Source: an uncultured delta proteobacterium
GTDB taxonomy: Bacteria > Desulfobacterota > Binatia > DP-6
Assembly: GCA_963815115.1 (NCBI GenBank)
Contig: CAWFFN010000012.1
Coordinates: 320,001-384,000 of the forward strand
DNA length: 64,000 nt
Direction: 5' to 3'
Each line of letters opens with the position of its first letter. Position 1 is the stretch's first letter. A program made the position numbers and the translations under genes. The notes beneath the pieces were generated by a model. That model had not been told where the DNA came from. It did not search any database and saw nothing but the letters and a program-made list of their open reading frames with translations. Positions 8,589 through 17,543 of this stretch are shown piece by piece.

Positions 8589-10240
8589 CCCGGATCATTC
8601 ATGAAGTGCCAGTCACCCAGGGCGGATGACGGGCTGATCGCCCGCGACGGATTCGGGTGCCGTGACCGCGGGCCTCGCGAGCGGCGACGCGGCTCGTGGC
8701 GGGCTCAAGCGGCGTGCACTGGCGGGCGGCAACCACACCGCGGCGCAGCGGGGTCGGATACCGCGGCGAGGAGCAGCTCCGAGGTGTGCGGCGCGCCCAA
8801 GCCGTCAGGGCGACGCACGCAGCATGCGGAGCCGGCGATGGACGACGAGGAAGAGGGGCTGCCCCGGCCAGCCGGAGGCGCAGTGGAACCACCAGCGCCG
8901 GACGGAGCGCACGACGCGCGCGCCGAGCTTGAGCAGCCGCAGGCGCACCGTGCCCAGCGTCGCGCTCGCGAGCGCGGTCCCGGCGAGCACGCGCTGGCGG
9001 AAGAGCTGGAGCAGGTCGTAGGCGAGCGCGTGCAGCAGGAGGCGAAACGCGTTGGCGCGGAAGGCGTGGCACGACAGTCGATCGGCGGCGAGATCGCGCT
9101 TGAGTTCCTTGATGAAGTTCTCGGCCTGCCCGCGCTGGTGGTACCAGTGAAAGATCTCGGCCGCCCGGCCGCGGCGGTTGGTGACCACGTAGCGGACGTT
9201 CGGGCCCTGGGCGGTGTGCTCGATCATCGCGAGCACGCGCCGTGGCCGTGCCCAGCTGCGCGTCTGGTAGTGAACGCTCGTAAACCACCGCACCGGGCGG
9301 CCGGTGCGTTCATACGTGACGTGGGCGTGGACGCGGTGGAGCGCGACGGCCGCGTCCAGCCTGGGGTTGGGGGCCATGCCGATCGCGTAGGTGAGCCCCG
9401 CCCGCTCCGCCGCATCGAGCAGGTCGGGGTTGCAGAAGCCGCCATCGGCCCGCAGGGCGAGCCCGGTGGTCGGCAGCTGCGCGCGCAGATGCGCGATGAT
9501 CGGCTCGAGCAGCGGCCAGGCATGCGTCGCACCGCCGACGTCGCCGGGGCGCAACCGCGCGCCGAGCAGATAGCCGTCGGCGAAGACGAGCAGCGGGTGG
9601 TACATGTGCTCGTCGTAGTGGCCATTGAAGAAGCTGAGCTGCTGCTGCCCGTGCGTCGGGTCGTCGGTGGAGTCGAGGTCCAGGATCACCTCCCCGGGCG
9701 GCTCGAGGTGCGAGACCCCGTGCCGGGTGAACCACTGGCGCAGGACGGTGCCCAGGCGTCGGATCGTGTCCCACTCCACCGCGTTCTCGAGGCGCGAGAG
9801 CGTCGGCTGCGACGCGAGCGGCGTCCCGAGCCGGTGGACGACACTCTGCAGCGCGGGATCGTGCCGCAGGGTCGTGGCGTCGTTGGCGTCCTCGTAGCCG
9901 GCCACGATTTGGTAGAGGCGCTGGCGCAGGAGCGTGAGGACGTCGTGCGTCACGTAGCGCCGGTCCCGCTCATCCGCCACCGCGTCGCGGAGGGCCGCCG
10001 TCAGCCCCAACCGCTCGTCGAACTCCCGAACAAGGAGCAGCCCCGCCTCGGTCGTGATCTCGCCGCCGTCGAACGCAGCCGTGAGCTTCCGTTGGAAAGC
10101 GAAGCCGAATCGACTATGACACTCTGCAGCCACCGCCACCCCTCCTCAGCGTGCTCGACGCTGGCCTCGACAACCGCGTCAATAGCACACTTCGAGGGGT
10201 CCGGTGGCTTCTTCACGCTGGCGGGCGTGAATTATCCGGG
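8589..10240 (-). mobile_element. Complete IS1380-family insertion sequence (1652 bp)
   Basis: Terminal inverted repeats CCCGGATCATTCATG / CCCGGATAATTCACG (13/15); 4-bp CTAG direct repeat at 8585-8588 and 10241-10244. Confidence 0.92.
8805..10139 (-). CDS. IS1380-family DDE transposase
   Basis: FDGGEITTEAG, AGYEDANDA, LASQPTLSRLEN, LDLDST (D), LRADGGF (D), RGQAENFIKELK (E). Confidence 0.95.
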   Translation of the reverse strand: MAVAAECHSRFGFAFQRKLTAAFDGGEITTEAGLLLVREFDERLGLTAALRDAVADERDRRYVTHDVLTLLRQRLYQIVAGYEDANDATTLRHDPALQSVVHRLGTPLASQPTLSRLENAVEWDTIRRLGTVLRQWFTRHGVSHLEPPGEVILDLDSTDDPTHGQQQLSFFNGHYDEHMYHPLLVFADGYLLGARLRPGDVGGATHAWPLLEPIIAHLRAQLPTTGLALRADGGFCNPDLLDAAERAGLTYAIGMAPNPRLDAAVALHRVHAHVTYERTGRPVRWFTSVHYQTRSWARPRRVLAMIEHTAQGPNVRYVVTNRRGRAAEIFHWYHQRGQAENFIKELKRDLAADRLSCHAFRANAFRLLLHALAYDLLQLFRQRVLAGTALASATLGTVRLRLLKLGARVVRSVRRWWFHCASGWPGQPLFLVVHRRLRMLRASP

Positions 10241-10254
10241 CTAGCCGACCCGCC

Positions 10255-11802
10255 TCACAACATCGAGTGAATCGGCAGGAGGCCCAGCGCATCGGCCTTG
10301 ACGCGCCTCCACCAGCTGGTCTCGGGCTCCTTCGTGTACACTCGAACCGTTCCGCCGTCGCTGGTCGTCCACTTGAGCCGTCCCCCCTCCAGCGTGACCC
10401 GGTAGCTGTTCTCCGGCTTGACCCCCTCCGCGAAGAACTCGGCGACCATCTCGGCGAACTTGGGACTGTCGACGAGCAGCGCGAGCTCGGTGTTGATGTC
10501 GGCCGAGCGCGGGTCGAGATTGTAGCTCCCGACCACGACGTACCGGCGATCGACGACCATCGCCTTGGCGTGCAGCCCGGCGCGCGACTTCCATGACAAC
10601 CCCGACCAGCGCAGCTGCTCCATCCTGGAGTCCGGTCGCACCTCGTAGATCTCCACCCCGTTCTCGAGCAGGTCGTCCCGGTACTTCTGGTACCCCGAGT
10701 GGACGGCGAGAACGTCGTTCGAGGCCAGGGAGTTGGTGAGCACGCGGACCTTGACCCCCCGGGCGTGCAGCGCACGGGTGAGCTCGACCCCGTGGTCGCG
10801 GGGGACGAAGTAGGCGTTCTCGATCAGGACCTCCTGCTGTGCATTGGAGACCAGCGCGTCCAGCGCGCTGAAGATCCTGTGGCTGGGATCCCGGGCCTTC
10901 TCGGGGGGATCGTAGAGGACCCGCACCGGCGCCCAGGTGAGCCTGTCGCGGACGGCCTTCATATTGCCCGTGAGGGCGTCCACCTCTTCGTCAACGGGGT
11001 AGGGGAGCCGCTCGCTCGCCATCTTCGCGCGCATCTCCGCGATAGCGGCGTCGGCCTCCGCGCGGGTCGGCGGCGTGGCGACGAAGGCCGCGTAGGGGAC
11101 GGCGAACGGGCTGTTCCAGAAATCGTCGAAGACCGCCGAGGCGTCACGAACCACCGGGCCCACGGCCACGGTGTCGAGGTCCCGGTAGTTCGACTCGCCG
11201 TGCACGCCGAAGTAGTGGTCGGCGATGTTGCGCCCGCCCACGATCATGATCGCGCTGTCGGCGATCATGAGCTTGTTGTGAGAACGCCGGTTGGCGCGCG
11301 ACGGGTCGGTGAGGAAGTCCTGCCAGCGGTTGCCGCGGTAGCGAAAGGGGTTGAAGGCACGGATCTCGATGTTGGGATGCGCCGACAGCCTCGCGATCGC
11401 GGTATCGCGATCGACGATGCTGTTGTCGTCGAGCAGCACGCGCACGCGCACCCCGCGGTCGGCGGCCCGGATGACGCGGTCGGCCAGCAGGTGCCCGCTG
11501 ACGTCGGCGTCCCAGATGTAGTACTGCAGATCGAGCGACCGCTCCGCGAGATCGGCCAAGGCGAGCCGCGCTTCCAGCGCCGTGCGCCCGTAGCGCATGT
11601 AGAAGACACCCGACTCCCCGGGATGCTTGGCCGCCGCCGGCTCGAAGAGGCGGCCCAGCGTCGTCGCCTGGTACTCCCGAAACGCAGTCGACGGGGCACG
11701 AGGGTATTTCGGATTGTAGGTCGAGCAGCTCGTCGCGAGGACGAGCGCGACCAATACGCCGGTCCCGCGTCCGAGCCATGACACCGGATCAAAGAGTCTC
11801 AC
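10255..11802 (-). CDS. Phospholipase D family protein (ClsC/YmdC-like), predicted lipoprotein; start uncertain (ORF open to 11928)
   Basis: HNKLMIAD and HAKAMVVD HKD motifs; lipobox-like LATSC; paralog of 7019..8572. Confidence 0.88.
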   Translation of the reverse strand: MRLFDPVSWLGRGTGVLVALVLATSCSTYNPKYPRAPSTAFREYQATTLGRLFEPAAAKHPGESGVFYMRYGRTALEARLALADLAERSLDLQYYIWDADVSGHLLADRVIRAADRGVRVRVLLDDNSIVDRDTAIARLSAHPNIEIRAFNPFRYRGNRWQDFLTDPSRANRRSHNKLMIADSAIMIVGGRNIADHYFGVHGESNYRDLDTVAVGPVVRDASAVFDDFWNSPFAVPYAAFVATPPTRAEADAAIAEMRAKMASERLPYPVDEEVDALTGNMKAVRDRLTWAPVRVLYDPPEKARDPSHRIFSALDALVSNAQQEVLIENAYFVPRDHGVELTRALHARGVKVRVLTNSLASNDVLAVHSGYQKYRDDLLENGVEIYEVRPDSRMEQLRWSGLSWKSRAGLHAKAMVVDRRYVVVGSYNLDPRSADINTELALLVDSPKFAEMVAEFFAEGVKPENSYRVTLEGGRLKWTTSDGGTVRVYTKEPETSWWRRVKADALGLLPIHSML

Positions 11803-11933
11803 GATGCACCCCGGGTGCGCCGTGTGCCGGGCAGCTATCGCGCTCCGGCCCGCTCGGCGGCGGCACGCGCGTACCACCGATGCCGGCATCGTTGAACGCT
11901 CGATGGACTCGGTATCGAAGGCGTTCATGGCCA

Positions 11934-11969
11934 GGTAGCGAGGCTTCGGTCGGCCGAAGCCTCACTACC
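11934..11969. repeat. 16-bp-stem palindrome (GTAG...CTAC); terminator or REP-like element
   Basis: GGTAGCGAGGCTTCGG-TCGG-CCGAAGCCTCACTACC, one mismatch. Confidence 0.6.
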
Positions 11970-12090
11970 CGCGCCCGTAGGATGTGAACGTCGCAGCCGG
12001 GCCCGACTCAGCAAACCGAGTCCCTGATCGCCCCGACTCTGGCGCGCTGATCGCGGCCAACTCCCCGGCTGGTCGGCGTTTGCATCACGC

Positions 12091-12498
12091 TCAGTCGTAT
12101 CCCCAAATCTTGACCTTGGCCGTCGGTGCACCACCAAGGATTTTGTAGTTGATCGTCACCGCCTGGAGGGTCCCCTCGTGTCCTGGTGCGGACTTCGCAG
12201 CCGTTTGTCCTCCCGCCTTCACGGTTCCGACATTCCATTCGGTTTCGTCTTTGCGATTGTTCCAGTGGAGGACGGCTTTGCTGATGTCCACGTCAGCGCC
12301 CTCGACGGAGAGCCTCACGTCCTTGACGTCCTCCTTGACCCATTTCCCGCCTTCGGCAGTGATCCTCACGCTTGGGTCGGTGGCCTTGATCGTCTGCTCG
12401 GAGAGCACGAACCACTCGTCTGCTCCGGCCGTGCGAACGGCGCCCATCAAGACCACCGCAACTCCAAGAGCTCCCATAAAGTATCCGGTCTTTGTCAT
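12091..12498 (-). CDS. Secreted beta-rich protein, DUF2541/YaaI-like
   Basis: Signal peptide ending AGA-DE; VRLSVEGADVDI, GTVKAGGQT, KVKIWGYD resemble the DUF2541 pattern. Confidence 0.6.
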   Translation of the reverse strand: MTKTGYFMGALGVAVVLMGAVRTAGADEWFVLSEQTIKATDPSVRITAEGGKWVKEDVKDVRLSVEGADVDISKAVLHWNNRKDETEWNVGTVKAGGQTAAKSAPGHEGTLQAVTINYKILGGAPTAKVKIWGYD

Positions 12499-12769
12499 TC
12501 TCCCCATCCTTTCTGATCCCCGTCGACGGAGATCGTCGCGCCTACCGCGTGAGCCAGGTCGCACAGCGGTGGAACCTCCCTAGGTGGAACCTCCTATCCC
12601 GAAGGCGGATGGGTTGCTAGTGCGCGAGGTCCGGGCCTCCGGCGATCGATCGGATCCGCCGGCCGCGCCGGTCCACGGTTCGGAACGCCTTTTCACTCTT
12701 CCGAACAACCCCGGACAACGATCGCTGGATCGCGAGGCCGCGCGTTTGACGAGGTGTCAGCGTCGCCGC

Positions 12770-13168
12770 TCACGGGGACTTGACGGCTGAAGGCGGCCGG
12801 CGTTCCAGCTCGCGCCGGAACCAGTCCGCGCTCGTCATCGCGTCAGACCCCGGGCAGCGGACGCGGTACGGCTCGCCACTCATGCTGCTCCGTGTGCCGA
12901 CCCAGTCGATGAAGTCCTGAACCGAGCGTACGGGTCGCTTCTTGTCCGCCTGGCGATACTTGCTGGCGAGATGCGATCGGGCGTCCGCAGCCGCATACCA
13001 GCTGCCGTTGCGATAGAACTCGCAGCCGGATCGTTCGATGGCGTCCAGCAGGTACTGGATGTCCTCGGGCGCGCTCGCCGATGGCTCGGCCCTCGCCGGA
13101 GCGCCCACCAGCACGATGCACGCGATCACGACCCGAGCGACGAGACGTCTGACTGTGACGAAAGGCAT
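12770..13168 (-). CDS. DUF5329 (YfeK-like) secreted protein
   Basis: Signal peptide; SGCEFYRNGSWY, FIDWVGTRSSMSGEPYRVRC. Confidence 0.8.
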   Translation of the reverse strand: MPFVTVRRLVARVVIACIVLVGAPARAEPSASAPEDIQYLLDAIERSGCEFYRNGSWYAAADARSHLASKYRQADKKRPVRSVQDFIDWVGTRSSMSGEPYRVRCPGSDAMTSADWFRRELERRPPSAVKSP

Positions 13169-13519
13169 TTCGTTTTCCTTCGAAGCCTCGACTCGTGAAA
13201 CGGCCCGCCTCGCCTCCCGCTCTACAGCGGAGGTGTATCGCCGCTCATTGCGGTGTCTGGCAAGTGGGAACTTTGATCATCCGATCCTGCGCCCGATCCT
13301 CCTCGAAGACGGTCGCGGGGGATGAGCTCGGCGCGCAGTGGCGTGCGCACGACCCACCGCCTCCGCTCGCCGTTCCTTGACGACGCCGGTGGCCGCAGCG
13401 TAGGTGGCGCCGCACATCGGACGATGGGTGGGAGCCTCAGAGGGATTCGTGACGTGCTGCAGCGACCGAGGCGGTCCACCGTTGCCGTGTGGCGTGGCAC
13501 CGGCGGGGCATCGCGGGTG

Positions 13520-14356
13520 ATGCCCCTCCTGGCAGCGCTGCTCGCGGTCGCGGCCCCGGCGGCGTTTGCGCAGGACGAGGAACCCCCGCCCAGCGTCACA
13601 CAGCTCGCCGAGGAGTTCTCCGACCCGCTGACGACGCTGCCCCAGCTGTTCCTTCAGGATGCCTACACGCCGTCGAACTACGGCATCGACGCATCCACCA
13701 ACCGGGTGATCGCTCGCCTCATCGTGCCGCGCCTGCCCAGGTACTCGCTCTTTCCGTTCGTGCAGCTCGTGCGGCCGAGCTTGTCGCTCGTCACGGTGCC
13801 CCAGCCGGGAGGCGGAACGCGAACCGACTTCGGCGACATGCAGCTCTTCGACCTCGCCGTCATCCCGTGGCCCGGCAAGGAAAGCGGCCTCTTCATGGGG
13901 GTCGGCCCGGTCTTCGTCTTCCCGACTGCCACCAACCGCGTCGCCGGCCAGGGTGCCTGGCAGGTCGGCCCGGCCTTCGGCGCGGTCTACAAGGGCCTGC
14001 CGGAATGGCTGTTCGGCTGCCTGATCCAGGATCCCATCTCGTTCGCCTACACGTCCCCACACCGTCCGCGCGTCGGCGTCCTGACGGTCCAGCCGATCCT
14101 GTACCGCCACGTCTGGCGCGGGCTCTACGTCAAGTCGGGGGACGCGAGCTGGGCGTTCAGCTGGCGCCAGGACTCCTCGATCACCCTGCCGCTCAGCTTC
14201 GGGGTCGGCTGGGTGATCGTCCGCGAAGGGTGGTCGCCGATCAACCTGTTCGTCAGCGGCGAGTGGATGGCGTATCGCCACGACGCCCCCGTGGCTCCGC
14301 AGACGACCGTCCGGTTCGGCATGACGGTCGCCTTCCCGCAGTGGCGGCCGTGGTAG
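13520..14356 (+). CDS. Secreted/outer-membrane protein, MetA-like barrel family
   Basis: Signal peptide AFA-QD; DFGDMQLFDL, GVGPVFVFPTAT..G.GAWQVGP, LPLSFGVG. Confidence 0.7.
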   Translation: MPLLAALLAVAAPAAFAQDEEPPPSVTQLAEEFSDPLTTLPQLFLQDAYTPSNYGIDASTNRVIARLIVPRLPRYSLFPFVQLVRPSLSLVTVPQPGGGTRTDFGDMQLFDLAVIPWPGKESGLFMGVGPVFVFPTATNRVAGQGAWQVGPAFGAVYKGLPEWLFGCLIQDPISFAYTSPHRPRVGVLTVQPILYRHVWRGLYVKSGDASWAFSWRQDSSITLPLSFGVGWVIVREGWSPINLFVSGEWMAYRHDAPVAPQTTVRFGMTVAFPQWRPW

Positions 14357-14552
14357 TGCGGCTCGCTACGGATCGTGCCGGGGTCCGGGTCGAGGGGTCC
14401 GGCAGCGGGTCGTCTCGACCCGCGCGGATCCTTTCGCGCCACTAGAGGAAGATAGGCTCCCGATTTCCCGAGGTGCGCGCGCTAACCGGCGACACCGTCT
14501 GCCTGCTCGTTCCGGCTGCCCGACCTCACCCGCACGGGCCTGAGCGGCTGGC

Positions 14553-15008
14553 ATGCGCCTTGCGATCTCGGTCGGCATGATGAAGGGTCTGGCGTCCGAC
14601 AAGCTCGTCAAGCTGCGCGTCGCTCCCCATCGTTCCGCGCTCCTGGCGGCGCTGGCGCTCGGCCTCGTACTCGGCCTGCCGGCCGCGGCGCGCAGCGACG
14701 GTGACGCGCTCGACGTCGCCACCCTGCGCGTCCGCTTGAAGGACACCCCCGCCATCGGGCCCGTCGCGAAGCTCCGTTTGAAGAGCGAGATCGAGGACCT
14801 CGTGGACGAGCTGGCGGCGTTCCACGCCGGGCGCGCTACCGAGACGCTCGATGAGCTGCACGCGCGGTACCGCGACCTCGTCCTCCGGATCATCGCGCTC
14901 CTCGAGCAGGGCGATGCCTCGCTTGCGCACGACCTCACTGCGGCCAGCGATCATCTCTGGGCGACGCTCGCCGACCCCGGACAGTTCGCCTCGCTGGCGA
15001 AAAGCTGA
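14553..15008 (+). CDS. Hypothetical secreted helical protein (start uncertain)
   Basis: Signal-like hydrophobic stretch; LRVRLKDTPAIGPVAKLRLKSEIEDL; coding bias. Confidence 0.65.
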   Translation: MRLAISVGMMKGLASDKLVKLRVAPHRSALLAALALGLVLGLPAAARSDGDALDVATLRVRLKDTPAIGPVAKLRLKSEIEDLVDELAAFHAGRATETLDELHARYRDLVLRIIALLEQGDASLAHDLTAASDHLWATLADPGQFASLAKS

Positions 15009-15136
15009 CCGCCCCAACGTTGCAGCGGCGCGGCGTAAGCAAGGAAGGCAACCGGCTGTTGCGCTGGGCGTTGGTCATCGCACGACTTGACCCGGCCAAC
15101 GCGCTTGGAGATGTCTACTCGGGCGGGGCAAGACCA

Positions 15137-15268
15137 ACGGTGCTCGTCGCCTAGATCAGCGAAATCCCAGTCCGCGCGATCGAGCCGACGGCGCACGAGT
15201 TTGGCCTCAGCAACGTCTTCGTGGGAGTGTTCGTCGTGGCATCCCTCGGCAACGCGGCCGGGCATGCC
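15137..15268 (+). pseudogene. Decayed fragment of Ca2+/H+ antiporter (ChaA/CAX)
   Basis: TVLVA*ISEIPVRAIEPTAHEFGLSNVFVGVFVVASLGNAAGHA; matches the CaCA alpha-2 repeat (GNAAEH); in-frame TAG at 15152. Confidence 0.75.
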
Positions 15269-15368
15269 ATGGTAGTATCCTCGGGCTGGCCTTCTTTTTC
15301 GTCACGCCGGCGGGCCCACACCGTGATCCTGGCGCCCCGTTGTGCCGCACCCCCGATCCGGCCGTCGT

Positions 15369-17138
15369 ATGAACAGCGAAACTCCGTCCTTGCCGCAACC
15401 TGAACCCGGCCGCCTGGCACGGCCACTGACGTCCGATGCGTCGGGCTGGGAGCGCTGGCTCCCCGGGCTCCAGACGCTGCGCCGGTACGACCTCACCTGG
15501 CTCCCCAGCGACCTGGTTGCCGGCCTCGTGTTGACCACGATGCTGGTGCCGGTCGGCATCGCCTACGCCGTGGCATCCGGCGTCCCCGGCATCTACGGCC
15601 TGTACGCCACCATCATCCCGCTCCTGGCATACGCGCTGTTCGGTCCCAGCCGCATCCTGGTGCTGGGGCCGGATTCTTCCCTGGCCGCGCTGATTCTGGC
15701 GGTCGTCCTGCCGCGGGCAGCGGGAGATCCGGCGCGGGCCGTCGCGCTGGCCGGCATGATGGCGGTGGTGTCGGGTCTGGTGTGCATCGTCGCAGGTCTG
15801 CTCCGACTGGGGTTCATCACAGAGCTGCTCTCCAAGCCGATCCGCTACGGCTACATGAACGGCATTGCGCTCACCGTGCTGATCAGCCAGCTGCCCAAGG
15901 TGTTCCAGGTCTCGATCGAGACTGGCGGGCCGCTGCGCGACCTCTGGCGGATCGCCACCTCGGTGGTGGGCGGGGGTGCCAACTGGACCGCGTTTGTCGT
16001 CGGCGCGGGCACGCTCGCGGTGATCCTGCCGCTCAAGCGCTTCAAGCGCATCCCCGGCCTCCTGATCGCGGTGGTGGCAGCCACGGTCGCGGTCGGCATG
16101 CTCGACCTCGGCCAGAGCGCCGGCGTGAAGGTGCTCGGTCCACTCCCGCAGGGCCTACCCTCGTTCGCCGTGCCGTGGATCGGTCTCGCCGACGTCGGCT
16201 CCGTGGTGATCGGCGGCTGTGTCGTGGCCCTGGTATCGTTCGCCGACACCAGTGTCCTCTCCCGTGCCTATGCGGCGAAGACCCGCCACTACGTCGACCC
16301 GAATCAGGAGATGATCGGCCTGGGCGCCGCCAACCTTGCCACCGGGTTCTTCCAGGGCTTTCCGATCAGCAGCAGCTCCTCGCGCACGCCGGTTGCCGAA
16401 GCCTCGGGCGCCAGGACTCAACTCACCGGTGTCGTCGGTGCGGCGGCGGTCGCGCTGCTGCTGCTCGTGGCGCCCGATCTGATGAGGAACCTGCCCACCA
16501 GCGCGCTGGCGGGGGTGGTGATTTCGTCAGCGATCGGCCTGTTCGAGTTCGACGACCTGCGCCGCATCTTTCGCATCGAGCGCTGGGAATTCTGGCTGTC
16601 CATCGTCTGCTTCGTCGGCGTGGCCGTCCTCGGCGCGATTCCCGGCATCGGCCTGGCGATCGTCATCGCCATCATCGAATTCCTGTGGGACGGCTGGCGG
16701 CCGCACTCCGCGGTGCTGGGCCGTGTGGACGGTATCCGCGGCTACCACGACATCACACGCTATCCCGATGCGCGGCTCGTCCCCGGCCTGGTCCTGTTCC
16801 GCTGGGATGCACCGCTGTTCTTCGCCAATGCCGAGCTGTTCCAGCAACGCGTGCTGGCCGCCGTGGCGAGCTCGCCGACGCCGGTGCGACGGATCATCGT
16901 GGCCGCCGAACCGGTCACCGGCGTCGACGTGACGTCCGCGGATGCTCTTGCGGAGCTCGATCAGACCCTGCGCGCGTCGAGTATCGAGCTGCACTTTGCC
17001 GAGATGAAGGATCCGGTGAAGGACAAGCTGAAGCGGTTCGAGCTGCTCGGGCGTTTCGGCAGCGGCGGCTTCCATCCGACCATCGGTGCAGCCGTCGACG
17101 CCTACCTCGAAGAGCACGCGGTGAACTGGAAACCCTGA
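15369..17138 (+). CDS. SulP family anion transporter with STAS domain
   Basis: DLVAGL..PVGIAYA, GLY, FGPSRILVLGP, NQEMIGLG, SSSSSRT, STAS LFFANA. Confidence 0.93.
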   Translation: MNSETPSLPQPEPGRLARPLTSDASGWERWLPGLQTLRRYDLTWLPSDLVAGLVLTTMLVPVGIAYAVASGVPGIYGLYATIIPLLAYALFGPSRILVLGPDSSLAALILAVVLPRAAGDPARAVALAGMMAVVSGLVCIVAGLLRLGFITELLSKPIRYGYMNGIALTVLISQLPKVFQVSIETGGPLRDLWRIATSVVGGGANWTAFVVGAGTLAVILPLKRFKRIPGLLIAVVAATVAVGMLDLGQSAGVKVLGPLPQGLPSFAVPWIGLADVGSVVIGGCVVALVSFADTSVLSRAYAAKTRHYVDPNQEMIGLGAANLATGFFQGFPISSSSSRTPVAEASGARTQLTGVVGAAAVALLLLVAPDLMRNLPTSALAGVVISSAIGLFEFDDLRRIFRIERWEFWLSIVCFVGVAVLGAIPGIGLAIVIAIIEFLWDGWRPHSAVLGRVDGIRGYHDITRYPDARLVPGLVLFRWDAPLFFANAELFQQRVLAAVASSPTPVRRIIVAAEPVTGVDVTSADALAELDQTLRASSIELHFAEMKDPVKDKLKRFELLGRFGSGGFHPTIGAAVDAYLEEHAVNWKP

Positions 17139-17543
17139 GCTCGCCCCGATCGGCCTGCTCCTCAGACACTCTCATCCTCCCGCAAGGTGTCGGCCCGATG
17201 CCTACCGAGGGGCACACGATGGGGGTTCTCTCGTAGAGTGGCGAGTCGCCAAAAAGGGCCGCGCGGGATGCGCCCCCCCGCGTTCGTCGCCGGCCCAGGG
17301 CGTTGGGTCGTCGGGGACGCGATGGCCGGGAAACCCGTTTGGGGGGAGCCCGTTGCCGCTGGCTTGGCTCTGCGCCGTCACCTCGCCGCTGCCCGTGCCT
17401 CTTGAGGGTACGGATCTGGTCGTGCTACCCGCTGCGCGACCATGAAGATCTCGGTGCCATCTAGATTCGGTCAACCCCGCGCGATGTGATAGACGACTTT
17501 GGCCGCGTTCGTATCACAAAACCATCAATGACGGGGGCACCTT

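Noticed and set aside
15015-15027. 13-bp inverted match (CAACGTTGCAGCG) to 30737-30749 upstream of the RND operon
   Set aside because: Matches this short are expected by chance in 64 kb of GC-rich DNA
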